A DNA stretch of 64,000 bases, taken from the NCBI GenBank assembly GCA_050290545.1, contig JBNKHV010000211.1, positions 13,463-77,462 of the forward strand, given 5' to 3'. The DNA comes from Polyangiaceae bacterium (GTDB taxonomy: Bacteria; Myxococcota_A; Polyangia; Polyangiales; Polyangiaceae). Shown here one piece after another: positions 46,761 to 56,369 of this stretch (position 1 is its first letter; every line of letters begins with the position of its first letter). The notes under the pieces are model-generated. The model was not told the origin of the DNA. It saw only the letters and a program-made list of their open reading frames with translations, and ran no database searches. The position numbers were made by a program, and so were the translations under genes.

Positions 46761-48017
46761 TCAGGGCGCGCTGGATTGGGCGGATAGAAAGATGAAACTG
46801 TAGTTCGTCTTGATGCTGTCGTTGGGGACCCGCGCCGTGCTGTGACAGTCCATGCAGCTGCTGGTGGGCTGGATGTAACTCTCCATCGTCACGTTGGCCA
46901 CGGTTCCCGGTGTTGGGGTGCCCTGCGGATTGCCGGGGTCATTGGGGTCCGCGGGCCACTGAGGCGAGACGAGTTGATAGTAACGAAACGGAGTGTCCCT
47001 GAGGAGAGCCTGCCACTTGTCGTTGATGGTGGCTACCGTGTCGGTGATCGGCGTCACACGCTCGATCTGATTGGGCACGGTGAACGGCTGCCCGCTCGTC
47101 GTCGGCGACATGTTGGGGGTGCAGTACGCCCCCTGGCAGTCCGGGTTCGAGTAGCTCGGGTGCGCGCCCGCCAGATTGTCGACCTGCTCGAACGTCGTCC
47201 AGATCCACTGGGGAAAGCCAGCGGGTTTGTACACGACGTGGAAGCCGACGAGTCCCACTGTGGCCGGCTCGTATTTGCCAGTCGGCTTCCCCTGGTCGTC
47301 GAACCCCATCACTTCGGCACTGACCGCGTGGTACCTGGCGGATTGTTCCGGGCTGATGATGCGCCAGGCGCCTTTGACTTCGAGCGCGCCTTGCGGGAAG
47401 TCGATCGTCTTGGCGGTGTTGAGTACGTTCGCGTCGTAGTACTGGTTTTCGACGACATAGTCGTAGGAGGCTTGGTCTACGGCGATCTCGTAGTACGTCG
47501 GCTTCCCCGCTTGGTCCACCAACCAGCCACCGACGGCTTGCTGAATCGACGGCGGGAGCTTGTGAGCTGCATCCACCTTCGAACGGAAGTGCAGCTGCTT
47601 CTTGTGGGTGGAGCCACTTGCCCACGGTCCCGGATCCTGGGCGTTCGGCAAGAACAATTGCTCCGTCGTCTTGTAGGTTTCCCACACGCGGGCAGAGTCC
47701 TGTGCGAAAGGCAACGTACAATCCGGCTCTCCGCGACTGCCCACTTTCGCCGGCCAGTTCACCGCCGTGAACAAGCGCCAGGCATAGTCGGCGAACTCAC
47801 TCAGCGCTCCGGTTGCTGCAGGAGGTGTCGATGGCAGCGTGCAGTATTCGGACGGGACCGTCTGCGTTTGCGCTGCGACTGCGCTCGGTGTTTGAGGCTC
47901 AGGGGCTTCGACAGCGAGGCTCGTCGTTGGGCCGCCCTGCGGTGCCTCGGGCGTCCCTCGTTCGCAACCGCACAGCACGATGCCGACGCAACAAGCGGAG
48001 CGTCGGAAGAAGGTCAT
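46761..48017 (-). CDS. secreted lipoprotein with C-terminal CxxCH motif (paralog of 58352-59908)
   Basis: ATG at 48017 gives MTFFRRSACCVGIVLCGCERG (lipobox). Blocks conserved with the paralog: EFADYAWRLFTAVNWPA, VWETYK, GAWRIIS, FPQWIWTTFEQVDNL, YYQLVSPQWP. The C-terminus carries CMDCH, a potential heme c binding site. Confidence 0.75.
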   Translation of the reverse strand: MTFFRRSACCVGIVLCGCERGTPEAPQGGPTTSLAVEAPEPQTPSAVAAQTQTVPSEYCTLPSTPPAATGALSEFADYAWRLFTAVNWPAKVGSRGEPDCTLPFAQDSARVWETYKTTEQLFLPNAQDPGPWASGSTHKKQLHFRSKVDAAHKLPPSIQQAVGGWLVDQAGKPTYYEIAVDQASYDYVVENQYYDANVLNTAKTIDFPQGALEVKGAWRIISPEQSARYHAVSAEVMGFDDQGKPTGKYEPATVGLVGFHVVYKPAGFPQWIWTTFEQVDNLAGAHPSYSNPDCQGAYCTPNMSPTTSGQPFTVPNQIERVTPITDTVATINDKWQALLRDTPFRYYQLVSPQWPADPNDPGNPQGTPTPGTVANVTMESYIQPTSSCMDCHSTARVPNDSIKTNYSFIFLSAQSSAP

Positions 48018-48084
48018 CAATCTCGAGGTTCGTTTCAACGTCAATTCTTTCGGTTGGGCCGCCGTTGCCGCGGTCGTCTTCGGT

Positions 48085-51000
48085 TCACGGCTCCAGGCAT
48101 TTGCGCGACCATGTCGAGGTGCCATCTTTGCCGATCGTCGAGCTTTGGCACATGTCCGGCAGTGGCACCGACAAGTCCACATTCATCGATTGGCAAGTCT
48201 CCGCGCACACGCTCTCGGCGGCGCAGCCCTCGCCCCAAAGCTCGTCCTCTGCCAGCTCGCACTCCTCCAGTGAAGCGCGAACGCCGATACGTTGCATCAT
48301 GCCCCGGTCCTCGTGCCCGAGGATGTGACAGTGAATGACGAAGTCACCATCGTAGTCGAGGAAACGATGGCGAACCTTGACGAAGCCCTCTCGGATCGGA
48401 GCTGGGTTCGGCGCGCGGCCACAGACGCATTGGCTTCCCACGACGCAACCCGAGTCTTCGACTGCCGCGTCGTCGCAGCTCCATTGTCCGTTCCAAGTCG
48501 CGTCCGTCGCTTCTGTCGCCGCGGGACAGTCTCGTTCAGCGTCCGCGTCACTGCCGAGCGGCTCCACACAGGCGTCTCGGGCTTGGCAGCCGCAGACGCA
48601 ACTCACGTTCGGGTCCTTGCAGCCAGCTTTCTTGGCATCCGCTTGCTCGCAACTCTCCGACCCATTCCAGATCATGTTGGCGGCAGCGCAGACTTGCCCA
48701 CAGGAGCTCTGCACTCCAGCATCCTGCTCGGCGCTCTTCGGGCCGCAAACGTCTCCCCCTTCGAGCGGAGGAATGTACGCCAGGGGAAGGCCAATCGTAT
48801 CCTGCCAGCGCCGCAAAGGGCTCGAGGTTTCCAATTTCCCGACGTCCTCCGGCAGTGGGCACGCGCCCTTGCAGGTCATGTGCTCGTTCGTGCAGCCTGT
48901 GAGGCAGGCTTCCGCAAAGTCGCCGTCACACTCCTCGCTACAAATCTGCAGTGACTCGTCGCACTCGGTGAAGCAAGCGTTGTCTGGATCGGACGGTCCG
49001 GTGAAGTAAGTGTTTGCGTCCAACCAGTCGGTGATGAAGAACGGATTGATGTGGATGTGGAACGGGTGGGAGACCGCGGTGTAGTTGGTGATCGTCCACT
49101 CTTCGGCGGTGCCGAGTGCCATGCATTGGTCCAAGCGGTCGGCGCAGAACTTCTTGTTGTCGATGTAGAACTCCGGGCTTTGGGCTTGGCCAGGGTTCAT
49201 CTGGAACTCGACCGTCTGTGGATCGGTCAGCTCCTCATCCGAGACAGGAACGAGGGCCGTCTGCAGTGCCTCGGGGAGCTGGTCGAAAGTTCGCAAGTTC
49301 CTCGGCAGCGAATCCACCGGCGGCGGAGCCATCGGATCGGGTGGTTCGATGACCAGTTTGAGCAGTGGCACATCCACTCCGCTGGGGCTGTTCGCCAAGA
49401 ACGTGCCCGGATCTTCCGGCAGCGAATCACAGCTGGGCATGTCGCCGCTCGAGGTATTGCCGCTGCCATTGTCCGCGCCGCGGCCGTTTCCGCCTCCGTT
49501 GCCACCGCCGCCGCCGATGACGTCAGACTTTCGCAGCAACAGCTCCGTTCGCTCCTCGACGGCGGGTGCGACGATCAGGAAGTCCGCTCGGTTGCCAGAG
49601 TTGAAGGCGATGTCCAGGTACTTGTCGTTGTTGCACAAGACATCCTGCCAGCGCTCGTCGAGGAACTCGATCCCGTCTTGGGCGATTTGATAGACGCCGG
49701 GCCGCTTGTAGCTGCCCGCCTGAGGCACTCCGTCTTCGCATTCCGTTCCTGGCGGCGGAACGTACGGCTTCCCATCCACGTCCTGCAGTTCCATGCCCTT
49801 GAAACTGGCGCTGGCCTGTTGGGTGCCGCTGATGAATCTCCAACGTTGAACTTCGCCAGACTTCATCGTGAGCGTCGGAGTGATGACACCGTTGACGGAA
49901 AGCTCAGGTGGCGCTTGGCGCTGAAACTCCTCCGAGTCTTGGGGTTCGAGCAGGCGCGGCTTGCGATCGTCGATCTGCTGCAACACCAACACCTGCTCAT
50001 TGGCATCCTCGATCTCGGGGATACCGGCGAAGTCCCCTTCGATGATCAGCGCACCGGCGAGCCCGTTGAGCATCTGAATCGCGGTGGAGCCGTGCTTGTG
50101 GGCGTGATACCAATGGGTTCCGGGGATCTGTGACTCTTCGAAGTGCAAGGCGTAGGGCGGGACTTCGTCGCCGGGGAACTTCCAACACGCGATCCCTTTG
50201 CAGTTGGGGCTCGGAGGCGACGTCTCGGCGTCCGGCGGCGTGGCAATGACGTAGACGTTGTCCACCAATCTGAACTCAGGGTTCGGCGCGCCGGACTCCA
50301 AGAACTGCAGTTGACCATTCGTGTCTGGGGCGACGTGCGTGCCGTGAAAATGAATGTTGGTGTCGTTGAAGCCGTGGAAGCAGTTGGGCGACACGTCGGC
50401 TTCGGGTGAACCTTCGGCACAGTTGTGTCCCGTGCCGTCGTTCTCGGAGGCACCGTCGGTCACGCTGAGAAGGTTGGCGAACTGAAGATTCAGCGTGTCC
50501 CCGATCTTCAAGCGCAACGTGGGTCCAGGGAAGCTCGCGGGCAGCGGCGCTTCGCCAGCGAGGCCCCCGCGGTAAGTGCGCAGGGTCATCGGCATCGGCT
50601 TCATGTAGATGTCGGGGCAGACGGTGTCTGGCTCGCCATCTTGGCCGAAGTTGGTCCCAGGCAAATAGAACCGCATCACGTCGTCGAAGCGTTCGTAGAC
50701 GACGTCGAGCTCGACGTTGAGCGACTGGTTGGGGCCCTCTGGCGCGCAGAGTTCGGGCACCATCGCGTTGGGATTGCAGCGCTCTCCCGGTTTGACACCC
50801 GCGTCGCTCGGGTCGACGACGGCAGCGTCCGCCATCACGACCGGAGTGGTGGCGTCCTTCGGCTCGGGCCCAGCGTCGTTCTTGGGGTCGACGACGCTCG
50901 CGTCGGCCACCTCCGCCGGACCGGCAGCGTCCTGCGTGTCGATGTCTGAGCTGGCGTCTTCGGCCAAACCTGAATCGCCGGGTGCCTCCGCACCGTCGCT

Positions 51001-51105
51001 CCCTTCACAGGCCCAGCTGGTGAACAGGCCTAGGCAGACGGCGGCTAAGTGAACGCGGGCGCGCACAGTGCTGCGCTTGCCCGCAGTGGCATTGGATCCC
51101 GACAT
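48085..51105 (-). CDS. multicopper oxidase (laccase-like) lipoprotein with a large Cys-rich insertion
   Basis: ATG at 51105 gives MSGSNATAGKRSTVRARVHLAAVCLGLFTSWACEG (lipobox). All four MCO copper-ligand motifs are present: HFHGTHV, HWYHAHKHG, HPFHIHINPF, HCHILGHEDRGMM. About 230 aa with more than 30 Cys lie between motifs 3 and 4. The nucleotide sequence also has a GGN run encoding GGGGGNGGGNG. Confidence 0.85.
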   Translation of the reverse strand: MSGSNATAGKRSTVRARVHLAAVCLGLFTSWACEGSDGAEAPGDSGLAEDASSDIDTQDAAGPAEVADASVVDPKNDAGPEPKDATTPVVMADAAVVDPSDAGVKPGERCNPNAMVPELCAPEGPNQSLNVELDVVYERFDDVMRFYLPGTNFGQDGEPDTVCPDIYMKPMPMTLRTYRGGLAGEAPLPASFPGPTLRLKIGDTLNLQFANLLSVTDGASENDGTGHNCAEGSPEADVSPNCFHGFNDTNIHFHGTHVAPDTNGQLQFLESGAPNPEFRLVDNVYVIATPPDAETSPPSPNCKGIACWKFPGDEVPPYALHFEESQIPGTHWYHAHKHGSTAIQMLNGLAGALIIEGDFAGIPEIEDANEQVLVLQQIDDRKPRLLEPQDSEEFQRQAPPELSVNGVITPTLTMKSGEVQRWRFISGTQQASASFKGMELQDVDGKPYVPPPGTECEDGVPQAGSYKRPGVYQIAQDGIEFLDERWQDVLCNNDKYLDIAFNSGNRADFLIVAPAVEERTELLLRKSDVIGGGGGNGGGNGRGADNGSGNTSSGDMPSCDSLPEDPGTFLANSPSGVDVPLLKLVIEPPDPMAPPPVDSLPRNLRTFDQLPEALQTALVPVSDEELTDPQTVEFQMNPGQAQSPEFYIDNKKFCADRLDQCMALGTAEEWTITNYTAVSHPFHIHINPFFITDWLDANTYFTGPSDPDNACFTECDESLQICSEECDGDFAEACLTGCTNEHMTCKGACPLPEDVGKLETSSPLRRWQDTIGLPLAYIPPLEGGDVCGPKSAEQDAGVQSSCGQVCAAANMIWNGSESCEQADAKKAGCKDPNVSCVCGCQARDACVEPLGSDADAERDCPAATEATDATWNGQWSCDDAAVEDSGCVVGSQCVCGRAPNPAPIREGFVKVRHRFLDYDGDFVIHCHILGHEDRGMMQRIGVRASLEECELAEDELWGEGCAAESVCAETCQSMNVDLSVPLPDMCQSSTIGKDGTSTWSRKCLEP

Positions 51106-51272
51106 GAATGCCTCTTCACCCCGTCGGCGAAAAGAGTCCATTACAGGACATTTCACGGCCTTGCGGGCCGCCGCTGTTCAGCAGGAATACGGCCCGCGGG
51201 GCGGTAATCCCATCGCCTGGGCAGCTAGGCCCGGCGATGGTTGAGCTCGGTCTTGGCGCAGCCTCGAGCGGC

Positions 51273-52997
51273 TCAAAAGGGGCCGCAGCCTGTGCGCGGC
51301 ACCGTTCCGCTACCGACGAGCTGATCGAGGGCTTCCGCCTGCGCCGCACAGTCGATGGGATTGCCCTCGAGGTAAATGGTGCTCAAGTCCGGGAAGTCGG
51401 CCCCCACGAGAGGGCTCACGTCGCTGATGGCGTTATTCGTCAGGTACAGGAGCTTCAGTGAGGAGAGCTGAGCCAAAGGAGCGACGTCTTCGATTTGATT
51501 GTCGTCGAGGCGCAGCCGCTCCAGCGCCGTCAAAGGAGCCAGAGGCGAAATGTCGCTGATGGCGTTCGCGCGCAACGTGAGGGACGTCAAGTCGTCCAGC
51601 GCCTCGAGCCCGTCGAGATCGGCAAGTCCGGTGCCCGTCAGCTCCAAGTTCAGCAGTCTGCGGAGAGAGCTCAAAGGTTGCACGCTCGTCACGCCGCTGC
51701 CCACGATGTAGAGCTGCTCGAGCGCCCTCAGGCTGCTTAGGGGCGACAGGTCTGCCTGTCTTGCGTTCTCGATCCGTAGCAGGTTGAGCTTGGTGAGCGA
51801 ATCGAGTGGCGTGAGATCTCCCGAGCTGGGCACGCCCAGCGTCAGAACGGTCAGATTGACCAAGGGACTGATCGGGTCGACGTCGAGCTCCACGTCGGTC
51901 ACGCCACTGACGTGCAATTCGGTCAGTTGCAGTAGAGAGCGCACTGGCTCCAGGCTGCTCAAGCTGTCCGAATGGACGCGAAGAAAGGTCAAGCTCCTGT
52001 GCCCCGCGGTGGGGCTCAAATCGCTGACGTTGGCCGAAATCACTTCGAGCGTCGTCAACTTCGTCAGGGGCTCCAGTGGCGATAGATCACTCACCGCGTC
52101 GGAAGAGATGCGCAAGGAGGTGAGCTCCGACAACGACGCGAGCGGGGAGAGATCAGCGACGGAGATGTTGCGCAGGGTGAGCGTTTCGAGCTTCGTGAGC
52201 GCTCCCACGGGTGTCAGATCGACCACCCCCGGGTTGTAAGAGAGATCGAGGGACGTCAGACCCACCAGGCACTCGAGTCCAACCAGCGAATCGAGATTCC
52301 CGCCGCTGACGCTGAACGCACCTCCCTCGAGTGACGTCAGGGTCGCTACCTGATCAGCCGTGAGTTCCCCGTCGACCAGGCCACCCGAGACGGAACTCAG
52401 TTCCGAGCGCACCAAGTTTTCCAGGTCCTGATCTTCGAATACGACGGGGCCAACGCAGGGGTTGAGCTCCGGGGGCATCGGCTCGGGCTGCTCGGGATCC
52501 AGCGGTGGATCGGAGTCGGGCATCGCGCTGCCATCCGTCATCTCGTCGGGGGTTTCCACCTCCACGGCGTCTGCCGGTGTCTCATCGGGTGGCGTCTCTT
52601 CTGCGGGAGTGTCCGTGACATCGGTGGGGGAGGCTTCGTCAGCGTCCATCGTCGCCCCAGGGTCGACGGCTTCGTCGCCAGTGTTGGGATCGGTCGGATC
52701 CGCAGCCACGTTGGGCGTCCCGGAGCTGTCGGGATGCCTGCTGTCAGTGGCGGAGCCGTCTGGGGTGCTGCCGGGTTGTCGCGAGTCGCCATTCGCCGCA
52801 CTCGAATTAGCGTCCGCCGTACCCGACGTGTCGTCGGTGAACGTGCCATTGGTGCCATCGACAGCGCCTGGTTCGTCTTCGACTTCGACGGCAACGTCGG
52901 CGTCGGATGATGCACCACAGCCGGAAGTCGTCATCGCGATGAAGCACGTCACGACGCACACGGCCCACGCGCTGGTACTGCTCTTGCCCATTCTCAT
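51273..52997 (-). CDS. leucine-rich-repeat (internalin-like LRR) lipoprotein
   Basis: ATG at 52997 gives MRMGKSSTSAWAVCVVTCFIAMTTSGCG (lipobox). An acidic Thr/Asp/Pro linker is followed by more than 12 canonical 22-aa LRRs (LxxLxxLxxLxLxxNxISDLSPL). It ends with a Cys-containing cap (NPIDCAAQAEALDQLVGSGTVPRTGCGPF). Confidence 0.8.
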   Translation of the reverse strand: MRMGKSSTSAWAVCVVTCFIAMTTSGCGASSDADVAVEVEDEPGAVDGTNGTFTDDTSGTADANSSAANGDSRQPGSTPDGSATDSRHPDSSGTPNVAADPTDPNTGDEAVDPGATMDADEASPTDVTDTPAEETPPDETPADAVEVETPDEMTDGSAMPDSDPPLDPEQPEPMPPELNPCVGPVVFEDQDLENLVRSELSSVSGGLVDGELTADQVATLTSLEGGAFSVSGGNLDSLVGLECLVGLTSLDLSYNPGVVDLTPVGALTKLETLTLRNISVADLSPLASLSELTSLRISSDAVSDLSPLEPLTKLTTLEVISANVSDLSPTAGHRSLTFLRVHSDSLSSLEPVRSLLQLTELHVSGVTDVELDVDPISPLVNLTVLTLGVPSSGDLTPLDSLTKLNLLRIENARQADLSPLSSLRALEQLYIVGSGVTSVQPLSSLRRLLNLELTGTGLADLDGLEALDDLTSLTLRANAISDISPLAPLTALERLRLDDNQIEDVAPLAQLSSLKLLYLTNNAISDVSPLVGADFPDLSTIYLEGNPIDCAAQAEALDQLVGSGTVPRTGCGPF

Positions 52998-53327
52998 ATC
53001 GCTCTCTCGCTCTGCCCCCACGACGCTCGGTCGAGGCGTCTGACTCGGCGTCGTGTCGCCGCCATGATAGCGCGACTCGAATGACCCCCATATCCACATT
53101 TTTGGGATCGCATCATCCGGAAAGTCAGGACTATCGCGCCCCTCACCCCCTTTGTCCGTGCGCTGCGGGTGCTTGAAATTGCGAGCGGCTCAGGACCAGT
53201 GTGGGCTCTGGTAGGAAGGCGCCCGGGAGCCCGAGCCGGACGATGCTCACTCGGTGCTCTGCGCGCCGTTCAGTCACGGGTTGTGAGCGGAGGATCGCGC
53301 CCGGCGTTTCACCACATAGGCAACGAT

Positions 53328-54788
53328 TTACTGCCAGAAGCTGTCGACCTGCGTCACGGCGACGAGCAGCTGCGCCAGATCATCGCCGCTCGCGGAGAAC
53401 AGCGCTTGGACTTTGTTGGCTTCGCTTTCGACTGCGGAATCGATCTCGACGCCCGTAGTGTGATGAATTGCGGTGCGGGCGAGGCAGCTTTGGACGAGGG
53501 CGTTGTCGCTCAACGCGGCCATGAATTCGTCGGGCCCATCGAACGCGATTGGCTCGCTGTTGCCGAGAGTGTCTTGGTATATGACCTCGCCACTGACGAC
53601 CAAAGGCTGCCCGGCTTCTTCCGTTTGTGGGCGCCCCACGACGTCGAAGTTCTCCAGCGCAAAACCGTAGCTGTCGAAGACGCTGTGGCAGCCGACGCAT
53701 ATGGCGTTGCTCACTGCCGTCGTGTAGCTCTCTTGGAAGTTCTCCACGTCGGCGAAGGTTTCTGGCACCAGATCGGCCGGCTTGGGTGGTACCAGCAAGC
53801 ATTGCATCGTTTCGAGGACCCATCTTCCGCGGCGCCCGATGCGATTGAGCGAGGCAGTGACCAAACCCAGCGTCAACACGCCACGCTGCTCGGGAACGAG
53901 CACGCGTCCCGGCAGCTCGCCCACGTCTTTGAGGGCGAGGTGCTCGGCGAGCGCCGGGAACATCTGCGCTTCGGGCTCGGTCAACAGGTGCGCGAGCGTC
54001 GTGTCTCCAGATTCGGCGAAGTCGACCAAGAATGACTGCGCCTGAACCTGCATCTCTGCCCACACCTCGACGTCGAGTTTGGCGTTGGGTGAATAGGGCC
54101 ACGACTCGAACCCCAACCACGTCTCGAGGAACGCGAGCAAGCCCTGAGCGGCTTCGGGTTGCTCGATCAGGTCGAGCGCGGCGCACTCGACGTCGGCGTA
54201 CGTCTGTAGTTGGCCGTCGATTGCCATTTCCAGAAGCTCGGGCGTCGCGCCGGTATCGAAGAGCAGATTGGACAGGCGCTCCGCGATCACCTCGGGCGGA
54301 AGAGGAATGGGTGTGGCGTCGGAGCAGGGCACGTACTCCTCGGCGCTCTCGCCAGGGCCGGCCTCGCTCGCCGCCTCCGCTTGTGGGCCCGCGGATGCTG
54401 GCAGCGGGTCCTGCGTTCCAACGCCGCTGAGGGGCGGGCTCGAGGCGAGCGGACCAGGGGTGGGGGCCGGTGCTATCGCGATGCCGTCGCCGTTTCCGAC
54501 TTCGTCCGCCGCCTCACCGGCGCCCACGGGTTCACCGCCGCTTGCGGACTCACCAGTGCCTACTGTTTCACTGCCGTCGTTGGGAGCAGCGGCAATACCG
54601 TCAGACTCGTTCGCGTCCCCCGTGGCGCTCGTCGTATCGTCCCGCTCGGAGGCGTCGTCCGCGGTCACCTCGTCGGAGGAGTCTGCCTTCGTTGGCAGCA
54701 CCTCGAGTTCGGATTCGCCGATGACGCCGCTTTGTGCGCCGCAGCCGACGACCAAGGCGAGCAAGGCTGGAGTGTGTCGTTTGAGCAT
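53328..54788 (-). CDS. lipoprotein with CxxCH motif, DUF1588/DUF1592-like (Planctomycete/myxobacterial PSD-type) domain
   Basis: MLKRHTPALLALVVGCGAQ (lipobox). An acidic linker is followed by a C-terminal domain with CVGCHSVFDSYGFALENFD, the CxxCH plus FALEN-type motif seen in DUF1588-family proteins. Confidence 0.7.
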   Translation of the reverse strand: MLKRHTPALLALVVGCGAQSGVIGESELEVLPTKADSSDEVTADDASERDDTTSATGDANESDGIAAAPNDGSETVGTGESASGGEPVGAGEAADEVGNGDGIAIAPAPTPGPLASSPPLSGVGTQDPLPASAGPQAEAASEAGPGESAEEYVPCSDATPIPLPPEVIAERLSNLLFDTGATPELLEMAIDGQLQTYADVECAALDLIEQPEAAQGLLAFLETWLGFESWPYSPNAKLDVEVWAEMQVQAQSFLVDFAESGDTTLAHLLTEPEAQMFPALAEHLALKDVGELPGRVLVPEQRGVLTLGLVTASLNRIGRRGRWVLETMQCLLVPPKPADLVPETFADVENFQESYTTAVSNAICVGCHSVFDSYGFALENFDVVGRPQTEEAGQPLVVSGEVIYQDTLGNSEPIAFDGPDEFMAALSDNALVQSCLARTAIHHTTGVEIDSAVESEANKVQALFSASGDDLAQLLVAVTQVDSFWQ

Positions 54789-54853
54789 GGGTCTCCCTTA
54801 TTGCGAGGTCGAGGTTGCCCTCAGTGGGTATTGCCCCGAGCAGCGCCACGTTC

Positions 54854-55714
54854 TCACTTTTCGCGCTCCAAAAGCGCGCGCGCCTGATCCCGCAGCCGGA
54901 TCCGCTCCCGAGTCAGAAGTCCGGCAGGGAAACGCCGCTCGTGTTCGGCGGTGAGCGCGAGCACTCCCGCCGCGTCGCCCGCACTGAGCCGCAAGCGCGC
55001 TCGCTCCAAGAGGACTCGTTCTTGCTGCAGGGACGACTGATGCGCGTTTCCGCTCGAGGACTCGTTCCTGTTCCAGGTCGCGGATGAACGCGTGCCGGAC
55101 GCGGCCGCCGAGGTGTCGTCAGCTGCCGGTTCAGTTCGAGGCGTGTCCGTCGCAGGCTGCGCTTCGCGTGAGTGTCGCGACCGACTCGCCGCACCTGGCG
55201 TCACGGCATGCATGGGTGTCGGCACTGGCTCACGCCCAGTCGCCAATTCGTGCGTTTCAGCTGCATCGAGCTCCGCCGCCGGCGCCTCTTTGGCAATGGA
55301 GCCCTCTCGAGCCGCGTTCGGCGATGCGGCTGAGCGTTCACGCGCGTCAGCACGATGTTTCTCTTCACGCTGTTCCCCTTCTTGGCGTTCACCCTCTTGC
55401 AGCGCCGAGTGCCCGGCATACCAGGGCAAGTACGCCATCACGCGCTGCACCCACTTGCCGCCCAGGCCCGTCGCGGCGATCGCACTCGGCACCAGCAGGA
55501 ACACGACCGCCGCCAACACCAAGGGACGCACGGACAGCGGCAGCGAAGCGGGGCGGCCTGTCGTCGACACGGAAGTCCGCAAGCGGGCCCGCACGTGTTC
55601 TCTCAGCGCTCGGGGCGGTACTTCGCAGCGTGAAGTGCGCCGCAACCGTGCCAGCTCCGGCAACGGTGCCTCGAGCCCATCGATGTCGAACGTCGACTGC
55701 AGGTCTGGGTTCAT
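54854..55714 (-). CDS. anti-sigma factor (single-pass membrane protein) cognate to the upstream ECF sigma
   Basis: Its start overlaps the sigma gene stop by 4 nt. A cytoplasmic N-terminus is followed by one TM segment (LVLAAVVFLLVPSAIAA) and a periplasmic Glu/Arg/Ser-rich domain. Confidence 0.7.
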   Translation of the reverse strand: MNPDLQSTFDIDGLEAPLPELARLRRTSRCEVPPRALREHVRARLRTSVSTTGRPASLPLSVRPLVLAAVVFLLVPSAIAATGLGGKWVQRVMAYLPWYAGHSALQEGERQEGEQREEKHRADARERSAASPNAAREGSIAKEAPAAELDAAETHELATGREPVPTPMHAVTPGAASRSRHSREAQPATDTPRTEPAADDTSAAASGTRSSATWNRNESSSGNAHQSSLQQERVLLERARLRLSAGDAAGVLALTAEHERRFPAGLLTRERIRLRDQARALLEREK

Positions 55715-56292
55715 TGGGGTTCTCCTGTCGCGGCAGGGGCGATGACGAAGGGTTCGAGCTCCGCTTGGCGCAAGGCGTGGCGAAAGCGTCTTCTTCCGGC
55801 GGCCAGACGCGAATAGGCTGTCTTCAGTGGCAAGTTCAGGGCGTCAGCGACTTCGTTCATCGGCACTTCGTCGAAGTCGTGCAACAGCAGCACGCCCCGA
55901 TGCCGGAGCGGTACTCGACCCAGCGCATCTTGCAGTTGGCGCAGTTGGGCTTGGAGGATGGCGAGTTGTTCCGGTCCCAAACTCGGATCTTCGACCTGCA
56001 GCTCGTGCTCGGAGGTTTCGCGTCGAAACCACGCCTTGCGGCGATGGGCGGAAGCGATGCGAAAAGCGACGCCGAACAACCAGGGGCGCAGCGAGCGCTC
56101 AGGATCGAGCTGGTGCCGCTGTTTCCACGCCACGACGAAGACGTCGTGAGTCAAGTCCCCCAACTCGGAAGTGCGCACCCCCATGCGTCGCAAGGAGCGC
56201 CACACGTAATCGAAGTTGGCCTCGTACTCCTGCTCGAAGCGAGCATCCGGCGTCCCATCGGGAGCGTCTTCTGGGGCCGAGCCAGAGGTCAT
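55711..56292 (-). CDS. ECF (sigma-70 family group IV) sigma factor
   Basis: The region-2 signature FDYVWRSLRRMGVRTSELGDLTHDVFVVAWKQ and the region-4 HTH VPMNEVADALNLPLKTAYSRLAAGRRR are typical of RpoE-like ECF sigmas. Confidence 0.9.
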   Translation of the reverse strand: MTSGSAPEDAPDGTPDARFEQEYEANFDYVWRSLRRMGVRTSELGDLTHDVFVVAWKQRHQLDPERSLRPWLFGVAFRIASAHRRKAWFRRETSEHELQVEDPSLGPEQLAILQAQLRQLQDALGRVPLRHRGVLLLHDFDEVPMNEVADALNLPLKTAYSRLAAGRRRFRHALRQAELEPFVIAPAATGEPQ

Positions 56293-56369
56293 GAACGGTT
56301 ATTGTGTTAGGGGCCGCAAATTCTCAGAAAATCTTCGTGTCCCTGCCCGCATCCGCCGACGGGCGCATT

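Noticed and set aside
53169-54035. 288-aa + strand ORF, and similar long + ORFs at 19309-20037, 49051-50133 and 54268-54954
   Set aside because: All lie antisense to strongly supported minus-strand genes (DUF1588-like, LTD-PPDK, MCO). Their composition is non-protein-like, with no motifs.
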